A stretch of 64,000 nt of DNA from Candidatus Levyibacteriota bacterium (GTDB taxonomy: Bacteria > Patescibacteriota > Microgenomatia > Levybacterales > UBA12049): NCBI GenBank assembly GCA_003173895.1, contig PJMG01000021.1, positions 12,274-76,273 of the forward strand, given 5' to 3'. The translations under genes were made by a program, and so were the position numbers. The notes beneath the pieces were generated by a model, which worked only from the letters and a program-made list of their open reading frames with translations, searched no databases and was not told where the DNA came from. Positions 11,135 through 21,871 of this stretch are shown here, one piece after another. Each line of letters begins with the position of its first letter. Positions within the stretch are counted from its first letter, which is position 1.

Positions 11135-12668
11135 AATATCACTGATAATATTTATCTTAATGTTAATTCTAGTATTTTTATTAAGTTCGAGAATGATTAT
11201 AAGTGGAAATTTCTTTTTATTAGCTGATCAAGGTCGTGATTTTTCTCTCACTAAAAGTATAGTAGTTGATCATAAACTTACTCTTATTGGAACACATAGT
11301 GGTTTAGGTGGTATTTTTCATGGTCCACTCTGGCTTTATCTACTTGCTCCAGTATTTATTTTAGGGCATGGGGATCCTATATATTTTGCGTATTTCTACA
11401 TTCTAATTGCAGAAATAACTGTAATTTCAGCCTTTATAGTAGGTAAAAAGTTATATGGAGAAAAAATAGCTCTAATATTTGCATTTTTAGTAGGAACAAG
11501 TCCGGTCATTGGGAGTTATGTTCCTAATACGATTGGCGTAAATCTCATGCCATTGCTGTACATATTTGTAGTATATTTTTTAATTCTTTATATAAGAGGT
11601 AATAATAAAAGTTTTATCTTTTTAAGTTTTTTAACAGGTTTGGCTTTTCAATTTGAGACTGCATCTGCAATAGCATTAGTGCCGATAATATTTTTTACCT
11701 ATTTTTACCATTTTAAAAATGTTAAAAATTTTAAATTAATTTTTTTAAGCTTATTTGCTTTTGGACTTTCAATTGCAAACTTTATATTCTTTGACTTAAG
11801 ACATCAGTTTATAATAAGTAAATCAATTATAAATACATTTAGTATTAATAGTGTTCATGCTAAAGGTTATTTAGATTTAAGCCATAGATTTTTTGACCAT
11901 TTAACCAGTTTAATTGGTATTTATAGAGGACCATTCTTACCTCAATCACAGTATTTTTATATTTTTATCTTAGTTTATATTATTTTAGGTTTAATTCTAA
12001 TAATATCTAAAAATTTTAAAGATAAGAATAAATATCCTGTTGAAATTTTTTACTTAATTTTATTTCCAGCTCTTAACTTTATAATTTATATGTTTTATCC
12101 ATATACTATATGGCCGGAATATACATTAGGATTTCTATCTCCGCTAGCAATGGGATACTCTTTAATAATTTATCTGAATATTAAAAATAAATTAATGCTA
12201 CTTTTAACAATAATTCTTGTTATTTTCTATTGTAGTAATATCTTTATTTTGATAAAAAATCAATATTTTACTAAGGTAGATTATAGTTATAATGGTGGTA
12301 CCTATTTAAACCAGGAAAGGGTAGTTACTTTTATATTTAATGACGCTAAAAAATCTAATTTTGGTTATTTTGTTTACTCACCAGATACTTTTACTTATAG
12401 TATGGATTATTTATTCTGGTGGAATGGTGAAAAATATGGATATCTACCAAAAAATGAAAAATTAAGAAACACATATTTAGTTATGTCTCCTCCTCTGGCT
12501 GGAGATAATAATGCATATAATTTTTGGAAAAAATATGTTATTAGAACAACTGCACCTTTAGTTTGGCAAAAAGTCTTTCCAGGTAACATAACAGTTCAAA
12601 AATTATTAATAGTTAAACCAGAAAAAAATGTAGATCCTAATTATTTTCAGGATTTAATATTTAGATAA
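11118..12668 (+). CDS. GT-C (PMT_2-like) membrane glycosyltransferase
   Basis: LADQGRD; GGIFHGPLWLY; paralog of 8770..10269. Confidence 0.8.
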   Translation: MLKINKISLIIFILMLILVFLLSSRMIISGNFFLLADQGRDFSLTKSIVVDHKLTLIGTHSGLGGIFHGPLWLYLLAPVFILGHGDPIYFAYFYILIAEITVISAFIVGKKLYGEKIALIFAFLVGTSPVIGSYVPNTIGVNLMPLLYIFVVYFLILYIRGNNKSFIFLSFLTGLAFQFETASAIALVPIIFFTYFYHFKNVKNFKLIFLSLFAFGLSIANFIFFDLRHQFIISKSIINTFSINSVHAKGYLDLSHRFFDHLTSLIGIYRGPFLPQSQYFYIFILVYIILGLILIISKNFKDKNKYPVEIFYLILFPALNFIIYMFYPYTIWPEYTLGFLSPLAMGYSLIIYLNIKNKLMLLLTIILVIFYCSNIFILIKNQYFTKVDYSYNGGTYLNQERVVTFIFNDAKKSNFGYFVYSPDTFTYSMDYLFWWNGEKYGYLPKNEKLRNTYLVMSPPLAGDNNAYNFWKKYVIRTTAPLVWQKVFPGNITVQKLLIVKPEKNVDPNYFQDLIFR

Positions 12669-12686
12669 TTTGTATAATATAGATAT

Positions 12687-13979
12687 ATGGGAATAATACC
12701 CTGGACTAAAAATCATTTTAAAAATAAGACTAATATCTGGCAAATTAGTATAGTATGTTTACTTTTTGCCTTGTTTTTATTTACACGACTTTATCAACTT
12801 CAAGCTCAAATGTCGTGGGGATATGATCAAGTTCAAGCTGCTTGGGCTTCAAAATATATAATTGTCGACCATAAATTCTTACTCTTAGGACCAGTTGCTA
12901 AAGCAGCAGGAGGTTTTAGTGTAGGGCCATTCTACTATGATTCAATTTCTATCTTTTATTGGATTTTTAATATGAATCCTATAGCATCACCAATCTTTGC
13001 TACTTTTGCAAGTGCGCTTACATTCTGGGCATTATATTTATCAATTAAAAAAATATTTAATTTTCCAATTGCATTTATAGCTACTTTTATAAATACTGTT
13101 GTTAATATTGCAGCTGACAAAACTGAATGGAATGCCAGTTTTATAGTATTTTGTTCCGCGATTATTTTTTACATTCTGTATAAAATTATTACTGACAAAT
13201 CTAAAAATCATTATATAGTTTGGTTAGGAGTAGCTTTAGCATTTGCCTTTAGTGTACATTTTACTTCCATTTTTTATCCAGTTCTAATTTGTCTTCTTTT
13301 ACCATTTTTCCCTTGGAATAGAAAGACTTTACTATATAGTTTTTTATGCGTAATTATAATTGCTTTAGGTCTATCACCTGTGATTTATTTTGATTTAACT
13401 TCTAAGAATAGTGAAAGTCATGGAATTATTTCTTATTTAATTGCATATTATCATGGGATCCATTTAGTGCGTATTTTACAAATAACACATGATGCATTTT
13501 TAGAATTTTTTATTATTTTCAGAACTAGATATGCTGACTATTTTGATTTTCTATTAGTTCCAATTTTTGTAGGAATTTACCTTTATAAGAATATAAACCG
13601 TGAAAGATTACTTTTATGTTACATGGTGTGTATTTGGTTTTTAGTACCATGGTTAGCTTTTGCTACTTATTCTGGAGAATTAACTAATTACTATCTATGG
13701 ATTACTCGTCCTGTAGCATTAATGGTGATTTCTTACTTTGCCTATAGAATTTTTATATTACCTACAATTATTCCTAAATTAGCCCTTGCTGTGGGTTTAA
13801 TCTTCTTAGCCTACATACATTTAACTAATTTTTTCAATACTCCAGCAGGCTTTGAGTTAACAAGAGCATATAAAAACGTAACTCCTGTTATTCAAAATAA
13901 ACAGAAAGTAAATTATAATATACACGCACCAGAATCTTATTTATACTATTATTATGGTACGTATTTAAAGGAAAAATAA
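12687..13979 (+). CDS. GT-C (PMT_2-like) membrane glycosyltransferase
   Basis: WGYDQ; GGFSVGPFYY; multi-TM. Confidence 0.75.
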   Translation: MGIIPWTKNHFKNKTNIWQISIVCLLFALFLFTRLYQLQAQMSWGYDQVQAAWASKYIIVDHKFLLLGPVAKAAGGFSVGPFYYDSISIFYWIFNMNPIASPIFATFASALTFWALYLSIKKIFNFPIAFIATFINTVVNIAADKTEWNASFIVFCSAIIFYILYKIITDKSKNHYIVWLGVALAFAFSVHFTSIFYPVLICLLLPFFPWNRKTLLYSFLCVIIIALGLSPVIYFDLTSKNSESHGIISYLIAYYHGIHLVRILQITHDAFLEFFIIFRTRYADYFDFLLVPIFVGIYLYKNINRERLLLCYMVCIWFLVPWLAFATYSGELTNYYLWITRPVALMVISYFAYRIFILPTIIPKLALAVGLIFLAYIHLTNFFNTPAGFELTRAYKNVTPVIQNKQKVNYNIHAPESYLYYYYGTYLKEK

Positions 13980-14031
13980 ATTTATGAAATATTTAAGTTA
14001 TTTTAAAATCCATTAGTAATGGCATAAAAAC

Positions 14032-14556
14032 ATGAAAAACAAATTGCCATCTATACTTTTACTCTTCCTTTTTTTATTTTTGCCTAATTTAGTTATAGCT
14101 GATTCACCTTATGTTTTACCTTACCCATCCGCTATGCCTGGTGGAATTGTTTATAAAATTCACTTAGCATGGGAAAAGTTAAGTCAATATTGGTATTTTG
14201 GAGATTTTGGTCAATTTGACTATAATTTAAAAGAGTCAGATAAATATTTAGTTGAGGCAAAAACACTGTTTGAATATAATCAGTACCTTTTAGGTTATAA
14301 TGCTTTACAAAAATCAAACATGTATTTTATGCTTACCTTACCTGATCTTGAAACAGCCAAAAATCATGGAAAAGATATTACAGATAAAAGAATTCTTTTA
14401 TCTCAAGCCGCTGATAAACATATAGAAATTCTAGAAAAATTGAAGATGGAAGTACCCTTAACATTTACATGGCAACCTGAAAAAAGTAATGCTACGGTAC
14501 TTAATATTAAAAGTCTTATCGATTTTGGAATAGGGATAAGACAGAAGTATCTATGA
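14032..14556 (+). CDS. Secreted helical protein, DUF5667-like
   Basis: Signal peptide followed by YVLPYPSAMPG..YK, resembling CPR LPYPG.LP..Y proteins. Confidence 0.55.
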   Translation: MKNKLPSILLLFLFLFLPNLVIADSPYVLPYPSAMPGGIVYKIHLAWEKLSQYWYFGDFGQFDYNLKESDKYLVEAKTLFEYNQYLLGYNALQKSNMYFMLTLPDLETAKNHGKDITDKRILLSQAADKHIEILEKLKMEVPLTFTWQPEKSNATVLNIKSLIDFGIGIRQKYL

Positions 14557-15695
14557 AAAAAATATTTTTTACTATCTATATTTTATTTCTCATAGCAATC
14601 GTTGGATTTTCTTATCTTTTTATTGATCCTAATCTTATTTACTTAAAACATTTATATACTGGTTTTGCTTTCCAAAAAAAATTATACACCACATTAATAT
14701 TTATTTTTCTGTTAATAATAAGTTTCTCTTTTTATATTTTGTTTATATATCTCTATGTTAGAGGTAAATTGTTTAAAAAAGACTTAATATTTTTACTGAG
14801 TGTTAGTATTTTTATATTACCTTTTTCATATCCAGCAATGTTGTCATATGATATTTTTAATTATATTGCTACTGCAAAAGTAGCATTTTTCTACCATGAG
14901 AATCCTTACATAATTATGCCTATAGAATTTACTCATGACCCATTACTTCTTTTTATGCACGCTGCTAACAAGGTAGCTCTTTATGGCCCTCTGTGGATTT
15001 TATTAACAGGGTTACCATATCTACTCGGATTTGGTAGTTTTTTATTAATATTATTTTTATTTAAAGCTTTTGTAATATTATTTTTCGTTGGTACTCTTTT
15101 AATTATTTGGAAATTAACTAAAAATACATTTTCAGTTCTACTTTTTGGTCTTAATCCTCTCGTTCTCTTTGAAACTGTTATAAGTGGTCACAATGATATA
15201 GTTATGGTTTTCCTTTTTCTTTTAGCAATTTTCTTCTTAAGGCGGAATAAAATGATATTAAGTTTGATTCTTTTACTAGCTTCAATCTTAATCAAATATG
15301 CTAGCTTAGCTTTGATTATTCCATTTGGGTATTTGTTCTATTCTTATTTTAAAAATAAAAAAATATCTTGGGATAAAATGTATTTATTAGGAGCAGGTGC
15401 AATGACCTTAGTATTTTTCTTAGCTCCTTTAAGAGAAGAAATATATCCATGGTATTTTACTTGGATTTTAGCATTTATTACTTTAATTCCTAAACATAAA
15501 TTTTTACTACTAATATCCATTGTCTTTTCATTCAGTTTACTCTTACGATATATTCCATTTATGCTATTAGGTACTTATTTTGGACCAACTCCTGTTATCA
15601 AGATTTTAGTTACCTTTATGCCAATTATATTTACAACATTTTTTTATATTCTTTACTTTCTATTTAAGAAGAAATCTTTATTTAAAATAAAATAA
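14553..15695 (+). CDS. GT-C glycosyltransferase, GT87/MptB-like
   Basis: LSYDIFNY; NPY; YGPLW; GHND motifs of polyprenol-P-mannose-dependent transferases. Confidence 0.75.
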   Translation: MKKIFFTIYILFLIAIVGFSYLFIDPNLIYLKHLYTGFAFQKKLYTTLIFIFLLIISFSFYILFIYLYVRGKLFKKDLIFLLSVSIFILPFSYPAMLSYDIFNYIATAKVAFFYHENPYIIMPIEFTHDPLLLFMHAANKVALYGPLWILLTGLPYLLGFGSFLLILFLFKAFVILFFVGTLLIIWKLTKNTFSVLLFGLNPLVLFETVISGHNDIVMVFLFLLAIFFLRRNKMILSLILLLASILIKYASLALIIPFGYLFYSYFKNKKISWDKMYLLGAGAMTLVFFLAPLREEIYPWYFTWILAFITLIPKHKFLLLISIVFSFSLLLRYIPFMLLGTYFGPTPVIKILVTFMPIIFTTFFYILYFLFKKKSLFKIK

Positions 15696-16744
15696 TGAAA
15701 ATAGCTATAGATATTTCACCACTTGAAACGGGCCATAGTGTAAGAGGAGTTGGATTTTATTTAAAAAACTTAATTGAAAGTTTAAAAAAATATTTTCCTG
15801 AAAATGAATATATCTTTTTCAAAGACTATTCTAAATTAGTAGGTAATTTTGATTTAATACATTTTCCGTATTTTGATCCATTTTTTATTAATTTACCTTT
15901 TTTTAAAAAATATAAAACTGTTGTAACGGTCCATGATTTAACCCCAATAGTTTTTAAAAACAATTTTCCTGCTGGTATAAAAGGAAATCTAAAATGGGAA
16001 ATAAATAAAATTTTACTTAAAAGAGTTGATAGTATTATTACTGATTCAGATTCTTCAACAAAAGATGTAATTAATTTAATTGGTTTTGATAGAAATAAGG
16101 TTAATACTGTTTATTTAGCAGCAGGAGAAGAATTTAAAATTCAAAATTCGGAAGTAAAAATTAAAGAAGTTAAAAAGAGATATAACCTTCCAGAAAAGTT
16201 TGGATTATATGTAGGAGATGTAACTTGGAACAAAAATTTACCTAGGGTAATTGAAGCATTTAAAAAAACCGAAATTCCACTAGTTATGATAGGGAAAGCT
16301 CTTGTAGAAGAAAATTTTGATCATAATAATTCTTGGAATTCAGACAGAATTAAAGTTTTAGAATTAACTAAAAATAATAATCAATTTATAAGACTAGGAT
16401 TTATCCCTACTGAAGATCTAGTGAGTATTTATAATATTGCCACTTTTTCTATTACAGCTTCACTTTATGAAGGTTTCGGTTTGCCAGTTATAGAAGCAAT
16501 GGATTGTGGTTGTCCCGTTATTGCCTCCCAGGAAGGCTCAATTCCAGAAACAACAGGGGATGGCGCAGTTTTTATAGATGCTTATAGTATTAATAGTATT
16601 GCTGAAGGAATTTCAAAGGTTTTTAAAAATAAAGACTTACAAAAAGATTTATCTAAAAGAGGTTTAGAACAAGCTAAAAAATTTTCTTGGGAAAAAACTG
16701 CAAAAGAAACTATAGCTATTTATAAGCAAATTCTAAATAAATAA
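15695..16744 (+). CDS. GT4 glycosyltransferase
   Basis: MKIAID; TVHDL; KNL; SLYEGFGLPVIEAM. Confidence 0.92.
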   Translation: MKIAIDISPLETGHSVRGVGFYLKNLIESLKKYFPENEYIFFKDYSKLVGNFDLIHFPYFDPFFINLPFFKKYKTVVTVHDLTPIVFKNNFPAGIKGNLKWEINKILLKRVDSIITDSDSSTKDVINLIGFDRNKVNTVYLAAGEEFKIQNSEVKIKEVKKRYNLPEKFGLYVGDVTWNKNLPRVIEAFKKTEIPLVMIGKALVEENFDHNNSWNSDRIKVLELTKNNNQFIRLGFIPTEDLVSIYNIATFSITASLYEGFGLPVIEAMDCGCPVIASQEGSIPETTGDGAVFIDAYSINSIAEGISKVFKNKDLQKDLSKRGLEQAKKFSWEKTAKETIAIYKQILNK

Positions 16745-16750
16745 CCTCTT

Positions 16751-18040
16751 ATGTTGATAATTATCTGGGAAAAAAGTAAAAAAATCTTTAAGCATGAACT
16801 TATTAATGCTAGTTTTTATATGTTTATTGGAGGATCATTTGCTGGTTTCTTAAATTTTCTTTTTAATTTTTTCTTAACTAGACACATTTCTTACTCTGAT
16901 TATGGAATTTATTCAGCTCTTATAGCTTTGGTAGGTTTAGTTTCAGTTCCTGGCCAAGCCCTAACTCCTACTATAATAAGTTTTTCTGGAGAATATTTTT
17001 CTAAAAATGAGGTTGGAAAAGCAAAAGAATTTTATAGGCAAAGCGTAATTTATGTTTTTATTTTAAGTATTTTATTTTCTGTATTGCTGTTATTATTTTC
17101 TAATTTTTTTATATCTTTTTTTAACCTGCAAAGTATCTGGTATCTAATACTTGCTTGTTTCATAATGACCGCCACTTTCTTAAGTGTAATACCAGGAGGT
17201 TATTTACAATCGCTTCTACGTTTTAAATTATTTTCATCTTTAACAGTAATAAACAGTATTTTTAAATTAATTCTTGGTATGATTTTTATCTTAATTGGGT
17301 TTAATTTATATGGAATATTTGGTGCCCTATTTATAGGAGCTATAGTTCCTTTTTTAGTGGGAGATTTCTTTCTAAGGAAATTATTTTTTAATATTAAAAA
17401 ATTACAAATTAAAGATTATTTAAAAACAATTACTCATTATAGTTTAGGTGCTTGTATAATTTGTATCTCAATCACATCTTTCACCACTTCAGACATTTTA
17501 CTAGTAAAACATTATTTTTCTTCAGATGTGGCTGGTTTATATGGGGGATTAACGGTAGTCGGTAAAATTGTTTATTACATCGTAGTTCCTATCATTGGTG
17601 CTTTATTTCCAATATTAGTAAATAAATTCCATAAAGGAGAAAGACTCCTTAAAACATTTATTTTAGCTTTTATATTAGTGCTTATCCCATCAATTTTTAT
17701 AACTTTAGCTTATTTTATAATTCCCGATTTTTTTCTCACGATTTTTTTAGGTGGCAGGAAATATCTAGAAATGGCAAAATTTCTAGGTTGGTATGGTTTA
17801 TATAGCAGTTTATTTGGAGTAGCAAATGTCTTAGTAAATTATTTTTTATCTAAAAAAATAATTTCTATTGCTTATTTTACAGTAAGCGCTGCTATGTTAC
17901 AGATTATTGGAATCATATTTTTCCATACTACTATTTTAAATATTATTATAATATCAATTTCTTCATTATCACTTTTAATTTTAATGTTGTTAATTTTTTT
18001 AATTTATCCTAAATTTATCATCTTGCAAGCTGCTAATTAG
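16751..18040 (+). CDS. Oligosaccharide flippase (Wzx/MOP family)
   Basis: About 12 TM segments; DYGIYS; DILLVKHYFS..AGLY. Confidence 0.8.
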   Translation: MLIIIWEKSKKIFKHELINASFYMFIGGSFAGFLNFLFNFFLTRHISYSDYGIYSALIALVGLVSVPGQALTPTIISFSGEYFSKNEVGKAKEFYRQSVIYVFILSILFSVLLLLFSNFFISFFNLQSIWYLILACFIMTATFLSVIPGGYLQSLLRFKLFSSLTVINSIFKLILGMIFILIGFNLYGIFGALFIGAIVPFLVGDFFLRKLFFNIKKLQIKDYLKTITHYSLGACIICISITSFTTSDILLVKHYFSSDVAGLYGGLTVVGKIVYYIVVPIIGALFPILVNKFHKGERLLKTFILAFILVLIPSIFITLAYFIIPDFFLTIFLGGRKYLEMAKFLGWYGLYSSLFGVANVLVNYFLSKKIISIAYFTVSAAMLQIIGIIFFHTTILNIIIISISSLSLLILMLLIFLIYPKFIILQAAN

Positions 18041-18058
18041 TAGTGTATAAAAAATTAT

Positions 18059-18865
18059 GTGAAAAAAAATAATAAGAAACAATTTTTATCTCTTATAATT
18101 CCTTCATATAAACAAGAAAAAACTATAATTAAAGATTTAAAAAAAATTCTTAAGGTTATTAAAAATCTACCTTATAAATCAGAAATTATTGTAATAATAG
18201 ATGGATATATAGATAGAACAAAAGAAAAAATAAAAAAAGCCCATTTAAGAAAAGTTCGCTGTATTGGTTATAAACATAATCATGGTAAAGGTTATGCTGT
18301 TAGATATGGTATGGCACATGCTAAAGGAGATATTATTGCTTTTTTGGATGCCGGGATGGATTTATCACCAGAAGGTTTAGAAGCGCTTTTAGATATTTTT
18401 ATATTAGATAATGCAGATATTGTAATTGGTTCGAAGCTTCATCCAAATTCTGAAGTAACCTATCCAATTCAAAGAAAAATTTTATCATGGGGTTATAGAA
18501 CATTTGTTAAAGTTTTTTTTGGACTTTCTATAAAAGATACACAAGTTGGTCTTAAAGTTTATAAAAGAAAAGTACTTGAGAAAGTTTTACCTAGATTATT
18601 AGTTAAAAGATATGCTTTTGATATTGAAATTTTAGCAGTTTCACACTATTTGGGATTTACGAGAATTTATGAAGCTCCAATCAAATTAAGCTTTAATTCC
18701 TGGTCATCAATAACTTCAAGAAATTTCTGGAGTGTAGTTTTTCGTATGATGTGGGACACTTTAGCAGTCTATTATAGACTTAGAATTTTAAATTACTATA
18801 ATGATAACAGTAAAAGAAAATGGCAGTACGATCCTGAATTAAATTTCAGAATTAATATTGGTTAA
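18059..18865 (+). CDS. GT2 glycosyltransferase, polyprenol-phosphate sugar synthase (DPG/DPM synthase)-like
   Basis: GKGYAVRYG; FLDAG; DTQVGLK; YAFDIE; GTG start. Confidence 0.85.
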   Translation: MKKNNKKQFLSLIIPSYKQEKTIIKDLKKILKVIKNLPYKSEIIVIIDGYIDRTKEKIKKAHLRKVRCIGYKHNHGKGYAVRYGMAHAKGDIIAFLDAGMDLSPEGLEALLDIFILDNADIVIGSKLHPNSEVTYPIQRKILSWGYRTFVKVFFGLSIKDTQVGLKVYKRKVLEKVLPRLLVKRYAFDIEILAVSHYLGFTRIYEAPIKLSFNSWSSITSRNFWSVVFRMMWDTLAVYYRLRILNYYNDNSKRKWQYDPELNFRINIG

Positions 18866-18868
18866 TTT

Positions 18869-19972
18869 ATGAATATACTTATTCTTAATTGGCGAGATCC
18901 TAAAAATCCTAAAGCTGGAGGAGCTGAATATGTAACATTAGAACATGCAAAAGCTTGGGTTAAAAAGGGACACAAAGTATTTTGGTTTACATCTTCATTT
19001 AAAAACTCTAAGGAGACAGAAATAATTGAAGGTGTTGACATTTTTAGAAAAGGAGGTACCTATAGCATGTATTTATTAGCTCCATTTTTTTATTTGTTTT
19101 CTGGTAATAAATTTGATTTAGTTATTGATCAATTCCACGGTGCTCCTTTTTTTTCACCACTATATGTTAGAAAACCAAAAATCCTTTTTATACATGAAAT
19201 TCCAGGTAAAATATGGGATTTAATGTTTCCTTTTCCTATTAATATTATTGGTAAATTAGCAGAAAATTTTTATTTTTTATTATATAAAAATATTCCTATT
19301 TGGACTGATGCTCCATCCACGATTAATGATTTAGTTAAATATGGAATAAAGAAAGAAAATTGTACTGCCATACTTTGTCCCATTAGTAAAAGCGCTCTTA
19401 ATAAATTGCCAGTAAAAGAAAAAAATCCTACATTTATTTTTGTTAGTAGGTTAGTCCCAATGAAGGGTATTGAGGCAGTTATAAATGCTTTTAAAATTAT
19501 TAAAGAGAAAGAAAAAAATGCTAAACTTTGGATTTTAGGGACTGGTGAAAATAAATATTTCGAATTATTAAATAAAAAGGTTTTAGAGTTAAATCTAGAA
19601 TCATCTGTTAAATTTTGGGGTAAAGTTAGTGAAAATAAAAAATATGAACTTCTTAAAAAAGCACATTTATTATTACATGCATCAGTAAATGAAGGGTGGG
19701 GTTTAGTAGTTATTGAAGCAGCCAGTCAAGCAACACCTAGTGTAGTTTATAATGTGAATGGTTTACGGGATTCTGTAAAAAACGGAATAACAGGAATTGT
19801 TTTAAACAATAATAATCCTGAAGAATTGGCCAAAGGGTCTTTAAAACTTATACATAATAAAAAGCAATATAAGATTTTTCAAAAAAATTCACTAAATTGG
19901 GCGAAAAGTTTAAATTGGGTAAAAGCTACAAAAGAAAGTTTAAATCTGATCAAGGAGGCCTTAAAATCTTAA
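18869..19972 (+). CDS. GT4 glycosyltransferase
   Basis: WRDPKNPKAGGAE; SRLVPMKG; EGWGLVVIEA. Confidence 0.92.
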   Translation: MNILILNWRDPKNPKAGGAEYVTLEHAKAWVKKGHKVFWFTSSFKNSKETEIIEGVDIFRKGGTYSMYLLAPFFYLFSGNKFDLVIDQFHGAPFFSPLYVRKPKILFIHEIPGKIWDLMFPFPINIIGKLAENFYFLLYKNIPIWTDAPSTINDLVKYGIKKENCTAILCPISKSALNKLPVKEKNPTFIFVSRLVPMKGIEAVINAFKIIKEKEKNAKLWILGTGENKYFELLNKKVLELNLESSVKFWGKVSENKKYELLKKAHLLLHASVNEGWGLVVIEAASQATPSVVYNVNGLRDSVKNGITGIVLNNNNPEELAKGSLKLIHNKKQYKIFQKNSLNWAKSLNWVKATKESLNLIKEALKS

Positions 19973-19976
19973 TTCT

Positions 19977-20798
19977 TTAACTATTTTTACCAGAAATATA
20001 GCCAAAAGTTAAAGCTAAAATTTCACTGACGCGTAATATCAAAAAACCAAGAGTGTGAACAGGATATTTGATTAAGAAAGGTAAATGTGAAATATAAGCT
20101 AAAAATTCAGCTTTTATGAAATTATCGTTAGTATGTTCTTTCTTTTTTAGAAAAGTTTTAGCAGTTTTACCATAATTAAACTTCTTTATTACCATCTTTC
20201 TAAAATTAAGTTGTGCTAAATTGTGATAAACAACATTTTTGCAAAATCCAACCTTAGTAATTTTTTTATATCGCCTTTGAATATCAAAATCTTCACCTGA
20301 TGAAATAGTTTCATCATAGCCTTTAATTTTAGTAAATATTGATTTTTTAACGATCCTAGCGGATTCAATAGAGTCATTTCCCCAATAACATCGTCTTTCT
20401 AATGCTTTACATTTAGCCCAGAAACCTATTGCTAGGTCTTTTTCATGCACTATTAATGCTCCACAATTATGACCTAATAAATCAACGGCATTACTTATTA
20501 AATTTTTTGATAACTCCATATCACTATCTAAGTGATAAAGAATCTCACCTTTTGCTATTTTTGCGCCCACATTTCTAGAATGACTGGGTGGTGAATAAAA
20601 TTTTGGAGCAGGTAATTGAATGTATTTTACTTTATATTTTTTAGCAATTATAGAAGTTTTATCTGTACTTGATTGATCTACAATAATTATTTCTAACTTT
20701 TTATAAGTTTGATTTTTTATAGATTTTAAAGAAGCATTTAAGTATTTTTCACTGTTATATGTAGGAATAATAATTGAAACCAAGGGATTTTTTTGCAT
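19977..20798 (-). CDS. GT2 glycosyltransferase
   Basis: VSIIIPTYN; VDQSSTD; LDSD; GED. Confidence 0.9.
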   Translation of the reverse strand: MQKNPLVSIIIPTYNSEKYLNASLKSIKNQTYKKLEIIIVDQSSTDKTSIIAKKYKVKYIQLPAPKFYSPPSHSRNVGAKIAKGEILYHLDSDMELSKNLISNAVDLLGHNCGALIVHEKDLAIGFWAKCKALERRCYWGNDSIESARIVKKSIFTKIKGYDETISSGEDFDIQRRYKKITKVGFCKNVVYHNLAQLNFRKMVIKKFNYGKTAKTFLKKKEHTNDNFIKAEFLAYISHLPFLIKYPVHTLGFLILRVSEILALTFGYISGKNS

Positions 20799-20807
20799 AA
20801 ATTAATT

Positions 20808-21779
20808 TCAAATAGAGCTTAATTTTTTTTGCCATTCCCATGCAGTTTTAATAATGGTTTCTAAATCAGAATACTGTGGATTAAAACCTAATATTGTTTT
20901 TGCTTTTATATTATCTGCGTAAATCTTAGGTGGATCACCGGGTCTTCTAGGACCATATTTAATTTTTAAATCAATACCTGTTACTGTTTTTATAGTATCA
21001 ACTATTTGCTTATTAGAATATCCGTTACCTGTTCCTAAGTTAAAAGAATCATTTTTAACGTCACCTTTTAATTTTTCTAAAGCTTGGAGATGAGCAATTG
21101 CTAAATCCTGAACGTGAATGTAATCCCTTATACACGTTCCATCAGGAGTTGGATAATCATTCCCAAATATTGTAAATTCAGCATTGCTTTTGGCTGCTTT
21201 TAAAGCAAGTGGAATTATATGAGTCTCTGGATTATGATTTTCTCCAAGTGACGCATCAAGGGCTGCTCCACAAGCATTAAAATAACGAAGATTAATATAG
21301 TTAATATCATAAAGTTTACTATACCAATTTAATATTGTTTCAAACATTAATTTGGATTCTCCATAAACACTTTCTGGATGTTTTGGTGAATTTTCAGTAA
21401 CAGGGAGTTTATCTGGAGTACCATATAAAGCACATGTTGAAGAAAAAATAATTGAGGGAATCTTTAATTCCTTCATTAATTCGAGCAAATTTAATCCTCC
21501 TTGGATATTAGCACGAAAATATTTATAAGGGTTTTGCATTGATTCACCAGCTAATGCATAAGCAGCAAAATGAATCACAGCTTCAAATGATTGTCCTTTA
21601 AAACTATTAAACAAATTTTCCTTATCTGTTAGATCATTAATAACTAAAGGGCAAGTTACTGCTTCTTTATGACCGTATTCTAAATTATCAAGAACTGTAA
21701 CCTCATGACCTTTTTCTAAAAGTAGTTTAGTAGTGATACTTCCTATATATCCTGCACCACCTGTAAGAAGAATTTTCAT
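20808..21779 (-). CDS. galE: UDP-glucose 4-epimerase
   Basis: TGGAGYIGS; HFAA; YGESK; LRYFN; DYPTPDGTCIRDYIHV. Confidence 0.93.
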   Translation of the reverse strand: MKILLTGGAGYIGSITTKLLLEKGHEVTVLDNLEYGHKEAVTCPLVINDLTDKENLFNSFKGQSFEAVIHFAAYALAGESMQNPYKYFRANIQGGLNLLELMKELKIPSIIFSSTCALYGTPDKLPVTENSPKHPESVYGESKLMFETILNWYSKLYDINYINLRYFNACGAALDASLGENHNPETHIIPLALKAAKSNAEFTIFGNDYPTPDGTCIRDYIHVQDLAIAHLQALEKLKGDVKNDSFNLGTGNGYSNKQIVDTIKTVTGIDLKIKYGPRRPGDPPKIYADNIKAKTILGFNPQYSDLETIIKTAWEWQKKLSSI

Positions 21780-21871
21780 AAAATAATTATAGCATTTTTT
21801 TAAAAAAATAGAGAGAAAATTTATTTCATCTGGATTTACTTTTGACTGTAGTGTAGAATATTTTTAAATTA

